A stretch of DNA of 64,000 nucleotides, from assembly GCA_965204735.1 (NCBI GenBank), contig OZ242008.1, forward strand, positions 1,280,001 to 1,344,000, given 5' to 3'. The notes under the pieces are model-generated. The model ran no database searches. It saw only the letters and a list, made by a program, of their open reading frames with translations, and was not told the DNA's origin. Each line of letters opens with the position of its first letter. The first letter of the stretch is position 1. The DNA comes from Longimicrobiales bacterium (GTDB taxonomy: Bacteria; Gemmatimonadota; Gemmatimonadetes; Longimicrobiales; Gaopeijiaceae). Below are positions 57,702 to 64,000 of this stretch, piece by piece. The position numbers and the translations under genes are program-made.

Positions 57702-58262
57702 ATGAAGATAGCCAACAGGAAGCCGGTCTTCGGGCTCCCGACGCCGATTCCCCCGATCTGGACCCTGGGGCTTCCGATACCGGCGCTGCGGGTTCCGGCG
57801 ACGATCGTGCTGGCTTGGGTTCTGGCGCTCGGTTGCGGCGGCGCCGACTCGGGCGCAGGATCCGGAGCCGACGGCGGCCAGGCGCCCGGCAACGAAGAAG
57901 GGGCCGCCGCTTCCGAATCGGCTTCGCCCGGCGCCGCCGACCTCGCGGTGGACCCGGCTCTTCTGCCCGAAGGGGTCACCGAGGCGATGGTGGAAGAGGG
58001 AAGGAGCCTCTTCGCCGGAGGAGGCATATGCTACACGTGCCACCTGGTGGATGGAACCGGCGGTCCCTTGGCGCCGGACCTGACCGACCAGGAGTGGATC
58101 AACGTGGACGGGGAGTACGCCTCCATAGTCGAGTTGGTGAAGACCGGGGTTGCCCAGCCCAAGGAGCACCCGGGCGCCATGCTGCCGAGAGCCGGGATGC
58201 CCCTTACCGACGAACAGGTGTCCGCCGTGGCGGCCTACACCTACCTGCTGAGCCGGATGTAG
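57702..58262 (+). CDS. Monoheme cytochrome c lipoprotein
   Basis: Lipobox ALGC, CYTCH, APDLTD.EW and a distal Met (GAML). Confidence 0.88.
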   Translation: MKIANRKPVFGLPTPIPPIWTLGLPIPALRVPATIVLAWVLALGCGGADSGAGSGADGGQAPGNEEGAAASESASPGAADLAVDPALLPEGVTEAMVEEGRSLFAGGGICYTCHLVDGTGGPLAPDLTDQEWINVDGEYASIVELVKTGVAQPKEHPGAMLPRAGMPLTDEQVSAVAAYTYLLSRM

Positions 58263-58338
58263 CCGGAAGCCCGCTCGAGTCCGGCCCGCCGCCGGCCCCG
58301 GCCCGCCGCCGAAGGGGGCGAAGGTTCGCGGCCCGGCG

Positions 58339-59391
58339 CTACTGCCGAAAGAGGTCGCTCTGGACGCCCCCGTCGCGGCGGAAGCCCGCGGTCGACAGCG
58401 GGGGCAGGTCGCCTTCGAGCCCGACCTTCCTGGCGGCCGCCCGGAAGAGCGCCAGCATCTGCTCCGCGTACGGCCCCTCGCCTCGGAACCGGGAGTGGAA
58501 GGCCGGATCGTTCAGCTTGCCGCCGCGCACCTCCCTAACCCTGGCCAGCACCTTCTCCTTGCGGTCCGGGAAGTTGGCTTCCAGCCAGCGCCGAAAGTGG
58601 TCGGCGACGCTCCCCGGGAGCCGGAGGAGAAGGAAGATCGCCGTCCTGGCTCCCGCTTCGGCAGCCGCTTCGAGGATGGCCGGCGCTTCGTGGTCGGTGA
58701 GTCCGGGAACCACGGGGGCCACGTTCACCCCGACCGGGACGCCCGCCTCCGCAAGCTCGCGGATCGCCTCCAGCCGCTTGGCGGGCGTCGAGGTCCTGGG
58801 CTCCATGGCCCGCTGCACCTCGTTGCGCAGAGTGGTCACCGACACCGAGACGTGCACGCAGTCGTGCGCGGCAAGCTCCGACAGCACGTCCAGGTCCCGA
58901 GTCGCCAAGTGGTTCTTGGTCACAATCCCCACGGGGTTGCGGAAGTCGCGGAGGACTTGGAGGCATCCGCGAGTCAGCTTGAAGCGGCGCTCCGCCGGCT
59001 GATACGGATCCGTGACCCCCGACATGCAGAGCACCCGAGGCCGCCAGGACGGTGCGGCCAGCGCCTCCTGCAGCAGCTCCGGCGCACGGCGCTTCACCAC
59101 GATCTTCCGTTCGAAGTCCAGCCCCGAGGAGAACCCCAGCTGCTCGTGGGTGGGGCGGGCGTAGCAGTAGACGCAACCGTGCTCGCAGCCTCTGTAGGGG
59201 TTGACCGAGGCGTCGAAGGGCACGTCGGGGCTGCTGTTGCGGGCCACCACCGACCGCGAGCGGTCGTCCAGGAACTCGGTGCGGAGCGCGCCGGGGTCCC
59301 TTTGGTCGGGGTCCACCTCCACGTGAACGGTTTCGTAACGGTTCGGAGGGTCGTAAGGTACGGCCCGGCCGCGGACAGGCAGGAAGCGCAT
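58339..59391 (-). CDS. PA0069/Rv2578c family radical SAM protein
   Basis: SVNPYRGCEHGCVYCYARPTH, SG.DFE, SGVTDPYQP and MEPR. Confidence 0.92.
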   Translation of the reverse strand: MRFLPVRGRAVPYDPPNRYETVHVEVDPDQRDPGALRTEFLDDRSRSVVARNSSPDVPFDASVNPYRGCEHGCVYCYARPTHEQLGFSSGLDFERKIVVKRRAPELLQEALAAPSWRPRVLCMSGVTDPYQPAERRFKLTRGCLQVLRDFRNPVGIVTKNHLATRDLDVLSELAAHDCVHVSVSVTTLRNEVQRAMEPRTSTPAKRLEAIRELAEAGVPVGVNVAPVVPGLTDHEAPAILEAAAEAGARTAIFLLLRLPGSVADHFRRWLEANFPDRKEKVLARVREVRGGKLNDPAFHSRFRGEGPYAEQMLALFRAAARKVGLEGDLPPLSTAGFRRDGGVQSDLFRQ

Positions 59392-59455
59392 CTCCCATTT
59401 TCGGCCTAAATTCGGTAGTCGGCAAGAGGCGACCGCCCGAGACGAGCAACGCGAA

Positions 59456-59887
59456 ATGACGATCGAGGAAATCGAGAGCAGGCTCGCCAGCCTGTCGGAC
59501 CGCACTCTTCGGTACCACTACGTCGTCCAGCTGGGCCGTCGCCTGCCTCCCATGGACCCGATCCTCAAGACGGAGGAGGCTCGCGTGAGGGGCTGCATGA
59601 GCCCTGCGTGGCTGGCCGGCTCTCTCGCCGAGGGCGACCCTCCGGTTCTCCGCTTCGTGGGGGACTCGGAGTCGGTGATCGTGAAGGGGCTCTTCGCGAT
59701 CTTGGCCCAGGTCTACAACGGTCGGACGCCCGAAGAGGCCCTGGCGGTGGATCTGTCGGACGTCTTCGAGCGCCTGCGACTGGGAGAGGCGTTGAGCCCC
59801 AACCGCAGGAACGGGTTCTACTCGATGGTGGAGAAGATCAGGCGCGAGGCCGTGGCGCTGGCACGGAGCGGGACGCCCTCGGCGTGA
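59456..59887 (+). CDS. sufE: SufE family sulfur acceptor
   Basis: LGRRLP, V.GC.S.AW, DSE..IVKG and LSPNRRNG. Confidence 0.9.
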   Translation: MTIEEIESRLASLSDRTLRYHYVVQLGRRLPPMDPILKTEEARVRGCMSPAWLAGSLAEGDPPVLRFVGDSESVIVKGLFAILAQVYNGRTPEEALAVDLSDVFERLRLGEALSPNRRNGFYSMVEKIRREAVALARSGTPSA

Positions 59888-59902
59888 CCCTCCAGATCAG
59901 AA

Positions 59903-60343
59903 CTACAGCGCTTCGATCTCGTAGCCGATCCGCCAGTTGCTCATGTTCTCCGGATCGTCGGAGCCCTCGTCGCCGGGCTGGACGACCCCGACGTGCTCGG
60001 AAATGGGACCAGAGAACTCCCGATGGTAGGACTCCAACTGGTCGTTCTTCGACAGCTGGTCCAGCTCCTCGCCCCTAAACTCGACGACCAGGTGGTCGGT
60101 CACCTCGCCCTCGAAGAGCACCTTGTCCAGGTCCTTGAGCCGGTTCCACCGGGGATGGTCGGAGATCGGGTAGTGCCCCTTGGAGGGCAACCTCGTTTCC
60201 TGGACGTGGCCCCCGTGGTTGGAGGTCCAGACCTTCGCCTGGAAGACGAATTCGCCCTTGGCCTTGAAGAACGGCTCCAGATTGTCTAGAATCTGAAGCC
60301 ATCGCAGGGTCACTCTGATCCGCTTTCGGTCCTCTCCAGCCAT
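59903..60343 (-). CDS. Hypothetical beta-rich protein
   Basis: GGAG RBS plus ATG 60343; host-like codon usage; 146 aa. Confidence 0.65.
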   Translation of the reverse strand: MAGEDRKRIRVTLRWLQILDNLEPFFKAKGEFVFQAKVWTSNHGGHVQETRLPSKGHYPISDHPRWNRLKDLDKVLFEGEVTDHLVVEFRGEELDQLSKNDQLESYHREFSGPISEHVGVVQPGDEGSDDPENMSNWRIGYEIEAL

Positions 60344-60534
60344 GCCCGACTCTCCTTGATGGTCAGACCCTTCCAGGCGCTCCCGGAATCCGGTCGCCGA
60401 CAAGATAAGCCGAAGCCGGCCCTCCCGTCCAGTCCAGCCCAGACCTCCGCTTGTCGGCAAGCGGGTCCCTCCTCCTTCGGCGCTCTGGACCGTTTCCCGA
60501 GCGCGGAACCGCGCGACGCGGGGGAAGACCTCCG

Positions 60535-61617
60535 ATGAGCCCGACGGGGGAGGGCGCCGTCCCGCGACACGACCCGGCGCCCAAGCCGGCAGCTCGAGAC
60601 TCGTATTGGGAGCTCGTCGCGATTCCGATCCGGCGGTATCGGCTCGTGCTGCTGTGTTCCCTTCTGTGGTGCGGGTTTCAGACCGCTCGCGTCTACTTGG
60701 GGACGCCGACCTACACCTCGAGCGCCACATTCCGGCCCCGCAGCGGCAGCGACAACTTGTCGAGAAGCCTGGCCCGGCTCGCGACTCTGACCGGCATGGC
60801 GCCGCCGAGGACCGGCATCGCGTCCGAGCTGTCCAACGACTTCTACGAGCACATCATGACGTCGCGCGACGTGATCGACGACATCATCTCAAGGACGTAC
60901 GAGCTGTCGGACGGGCGGAGGGTGACTTTGCCCGACTTGCTCGAGGTGACGGGCGACAGCGAGGAGAGAAGGATTTCCAAGACGCGCAGGCGGGTCAGGG
61001 ATGCGATTGAGACCCGTCAGGGGGATGCCGACATCATGCGGTTCACCGTCACGACTCGGTGGCCCGAGGTCTCCTACGCCATCGCGCGAGGGCTGTTGGA
61101 AGCGCTCGACTCCTTTCAGTCCACCGTCATCCAGAGCGACCTAAAGAGGGAGAGGGCGTTCATCAGCCAGCAGATGGAGCGAACCATAAAGGAGGTCAAT
61201 GCATGGGAAGACACGTTGCAGGCGTTTCTTGCAGGCAACCGAGGCTGGAACGATCACAGCGAACTGAACTTCACGGTGAACCGCATCCAGGCCGAGCTTC
61301 AGCAACGTCGTTCCGTGCACACGCAGCTGATCATGACGGACCTCCAAGCCGGCATCAACGAAGTCAGGGAGACTCCGTCGCTCCTTGTAACGGGTCGCCC
61401 AAGGCTGCCGAGGCTTGCAACGCAACAGGAGTTCACTTTCGGGAGCCTGTTGACGCCATTGATCACCGGAGCATTCGCGGGAGTCGTGGTGGCGATGGGA
61501 CTGGAATGGCTCAAGCGGATATGGGACTACGACAACCCGGTCGTGACGGCAACACGAGACGCATGGCCGAGACTTACCTCCATTTCCTTCCTGCGCACAT
61601 GGTTTTGGCCCCAATAG
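60535..61617 (+). CDS. Wzz/Wzc-like polysaccharide co-polymerase
   Basis: Two TM segments flanking a coiled coil, P.Y.S.ATF, and a Pro-rich motif before TM2. Confidence 0.75.
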   Translation: MSPTGEGAVPRHDPAPKPAARDSYWELVAIPIRRYRLVLLCSLLWCGFQTARVYLGTPTYTSSATFRPRSGSDNLSRSLARLATLTGMAPPRTGIASELSNDFYEHIMTSRDVIDDIISRTYELSDGRRVTLPDLLEVTGDSEERRISKTRRRVRDAIETRQGDADIMRFTVTTRWPEVSYAIARGLLEALDSFQSTVIQSDLKRERAFISQQMERTIKEVNAWEDTLQAFLAGNRGWNDHSELNFTVNRIQAELQQRRSVHTQLIMTDLQAGINEVRETPSLLVTGRPRLPRLATQQEFTFGSLLTPLITGAFAGVVVAMGLEWLKRIWDYDNPVVTATRDAWPRLTSISFLRTWFWPQ

Positions 61618-61646
61618 GGATTTTGAGGCAACAGGGATTTCCGTCC

Positions 61647-64000
61647 ATGATCTCCAAGAAGATACGCCATCGCATCGCTCGGTCGAGGTTGCTCGCCGCG
61701 TTGGTGCTTGCAGCGTGCGTCGTCGTCGGCTCCTCGACCCGCGCACGGGCGGCGCCGCAGGCCGAGGCCGAGATTCTTCGGCAGGTCCAGACGATGTCCA
61801 ACGACGAGATCGTTCGGCAGCTCATCGCATCGGGGCTCACGAGAGCCGAGGTGAGAGACCAACTCAACAGGCTCGGGTACGACCCTTACTTGGCGGACCA
61901 GTACTTCGACGCCATCGCGCAAGGGTCGAGGCTCCCAGGCACTGCGGAGGAGCGGTCGCTGGACGCGTTTCGGCTGCTTGGGATCCTCCAGGCGGATTCG
62001 GCGGGTGTGCTGTCGGGACGTTTCACTAGGCCGGGGGTCGTCGATGCGGCAGCGGACTCGCTCGACGCGGCGGACGCCCCCGGAGCAGAGTCGACCCCGG
62101 TTTTCGGAGAAGGGGTGTTCTCCCATCGGTCCGGTCGCTTCGACCCGTTTCTTCCGGGGCCGGTGGGCGACGACTACGTGCTAGGTTCGGGCGATGTGGT
62201 TTCCCTGGTGCTCACGGGCGATGTCGAGCGAATCCATGAGCGGCTGACCGTGGGCCGAAGCGGAGAGATCTTCATTCCCGACGTAGGGTTGGTGGGTGTG
62301 CAGGGCCGCACCTTGGGAGAGCTGAGGGACATCCTCTACTCCCGCTTGGGCCGAGTATACAGCGGTGTCCGTCGAGAGGACGGGGCGACGACCCAGTTTA
62401 CTGTTTCGGTAGCAACCCTTCGGGCGATTCAGGTGCGGGTCCTCGGAGAGGTTGTTCAGCCCGGCGCGTACCTGATGAGTTCGGTCGGCTCGCTGTTGCA
62501 AGCCCTGTACTTCGCCGGCGGCCCGACCGACGACGGCACCTACCGCAAGTTGCTGCTCAACCGCGCCGGGGAAGACCCGGTGGAAGTCGATCTCTACCCG
62601 TACTTGACCGCCGGGAGCACTGCCGGAGATCCTCGCATGCAGTCCGGAGACGTCGTCTTCGTGCCACCGGTGGGCAAGCAAGTGACCATACGGGGCGGCG
62701 TGCGCAGGGCGGCGACTTATGAGCTCGCGGAGGGCGAAGGATTGCGGGAGCTGATCCGACTTGCAGGAGGACTCCTGCCCCATGCGAGCACTGATCAGGT
62801 CCAGATCGACCGAATACTGCCGTCGGCGGAGAGATCGCCGGGGGTTGAGCGGATTACCGTGAACGCGCCGTTGGACTCGGTGCTCGCCGGTACGCATTCA
62901 GTCGACCTGACTGCCGGAGACGTCATATGGGTGTTCTCGGTGTCGACGCCGGTACGGAATCAGGTGACCCTGCGCGGCGCCGGCTCGAGACGGCCGGGTG
63001 CGTACCAACTGCTGCCGGGAATGACGGTGGGGATGTTGGTCGAACGAAGCGGCGGCTTTGTCGACAGCGCTGAACGCGAACGCATTCGCGTGTTTCGAAT
63101 CGATAGGCTGACCGACGAGCATGTCCTGTACACGCCCAACGCACCGCTTGATCTGGAGTTGCAGGATGGAGACGTGATAGAAGTATACGTGTACTCCGAT
63201 TTCATCGTGCAGGATTCCATCGACGTGTTCGGTTTCGTCCGCATTCCCGGCAGGTACGTTCTGTTTCAAGGCATGACGGCAGACGATGCTGTCCTCGCTG
63301 CTGGCGGCTTGACGTCGGACGCCGAGATACAGGATGTCGAGATTGTAAGGCCGTCGGGGGATGGCAGCACTATGGAATCGGTCTCCCTTAGAGTCAGCCT
63401 CGGCGAGGAGTTCAACAGAGACGGCCAGTCGACCGACGAGTCCGGGTACTCCTCGAACATGGTTTCCGCAGCCGAAGTCGTACTTGAACCTGGAGACAGA
63501 ATCTTTGTTCGCAGGGACCCCACGACCCTAACGGCGGGCCTTGTGTCGCTTGGCGGCGAGCTGGTCAGGCCCGGCGATTATGCTCTGCTCCGGCAGGGCG
63601 AGCGCTTGTCGTCGCTACTTGGTCGCGGGGGAGGCCTCGCGCTGCGAGCGAACGCCGCCGGCATTCAGCTGAAGAGACAAGGGATCTTGGTCGCGGTCGA
63701 CTACAGCGAAGCGACGGGGTTTTCTGGCTCGCCGGGGGATCCGGTGTTGCAGCCGGGAGATTCCATATACGTTCCCGTGTTGGACAACACAGTAACGGTG
63801 GGTGGCAGCGTGAACTTTCCAAGCCGAACGGTCTACACGACCGGCCTGACCGTAGAGGATGCGCTGGCAGCGGCCGGAGGCACGACCGACGATGCCGACT
63901 TGGGACGAACCAGCGTGACCTACGCGAACGGGAACAGGGCGACCGTCGGGAAGGTGCTGGGGCTCTTCCGGACCTACCCGGAGGTGGAGCCGGGGAGCAG
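61647..64000 (+). CDS. SLBB-domain polysaccharide export protein (Wza/KpsD-like), truncated by window end
   Basis: Not in the ORF track, consistent with no stop before the window end. Signal peptide, DYVLGSGD, G.IFIP.VG and repeated GEV..PG.Y / AL..AGG SLBB units; same frame at 63963. Confidence 0.88.
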   Translation, partial: MISKKIRHRIARSRLLAALVLAACVVVGSSTRARAAPQAEAEILRQVQTMSNDEIVRQLIASGLTRAEVRDQLNRLGYDPYLADQYFDAIAQGSRLPGTAEERSLDAFRLLGILQADSAGVLSGRFTRPGVVDAAADSLDAADAPGAESTPVFGEGVFSHRSGRFDPFLPGPVGDDYVLGSGDVVSLVLTGDVERIHERLTVGRSGEIFIPDVGLVGVQGRTLGELRDILYSRLGRVYSGVRREDGATTQFTVSVATLRAIQVRVLGEVVQPGAYLMSSVGSLLQALYFAGGPTDDGTYRKLLLNRAGEDPVEVDLYPYLTAGSTAGDPRMQSGDVVFVPPVGKQVTIRGGVRRAATYELAEGEGLRELIRLAGGLLPHASTDQVQIDRILPSAERSPGVERITVNAPLDSVLAGTHSVDLTAGDVIWVFSVSTPVRNQVTLRGAGSRRPGAYQLLPGMTVGMLVERSGGFVDSAERERIRVFRIDRLTDEHVLYTPNAPLDLELQDGDVIEVYVYSDFIVQDSIDVFGFVRIPGRYVLFQGMTADDAVLAAGGLTSDAEIQDVEIVRPSGDGSTMESVSLRVSLGEEFNRDGQSTDESGYSSNMVSAAEVVLEPGDRIFVRRDPTTLTAGLVSLGGELVRPGDYALLRQGERLSSLLGRGGGLALRANAAGIQLKRQGILVAVDYSEATGFSGSPGDPVLQPGDSIYVPVLDNTVTVGGSVNFPSRTVYTTGLTVEDALAAAGGTTDDADLGRTSVTYANGNRATVGKVLGLFRTYPEVEPGS

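Noticed and set aside
58339..59391. Radical SAM as a RiPP maturase
   Set aside because: Motifs match the PA0069/SplB-like family; no SPASM cysteines and no precursor peptide.
59398..59413. Second DtxR box upstream of sufE (GCCTAAATT)
   Set aside because: Only a half-site; the TTAGG arm is absent.

Overview
High-GC bacterial chromosomal window with about 55 CDS. No rRNA, tRNA or CRISPR array was seen. The gene mix (SusC/RagA-RagB pair, GWxTD-like protein, carboxypeptidase-regulatory-domain protein, Rpn nuclease) suggests Gemmatimonadota; this is inference. Most of the window is transport and metabolism: POT and APC permeases, lutABC, acyl-CoA ligase, S9 and S8 peptidases, DtxR-FeoA/feoB, FNR, radical SAM, sufE and the start of a polysaccharide export locus. 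The standout is a tightly coupled defence island at about 6.6-12.5 kb. A decayed type III-like restriction-modification scaffold (broken Res; Mod with its catalytic core removed in frame) carries intact cargo: a Panacea/SocA-like protein, a His-motif protein plus DUF1828-like pair, an orphan MNT nucleotidyltransferase, and an ABC/AAA ATPase plus PIN nuclease pair that is a candidate PARIS-analogous anti-phage system. Other highlights are a G10 tract that frameshifts the SusC signal peptide (candidate phase variation or sequencing error), an Rpn gene with a probable intragenic antitoxin start inside lutABC, a DtxR-type palindromic operator, an orphan m6A methyltransferase and many short tandem duplications. 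All family calls come from reading motifs by eye; no database searches were run.
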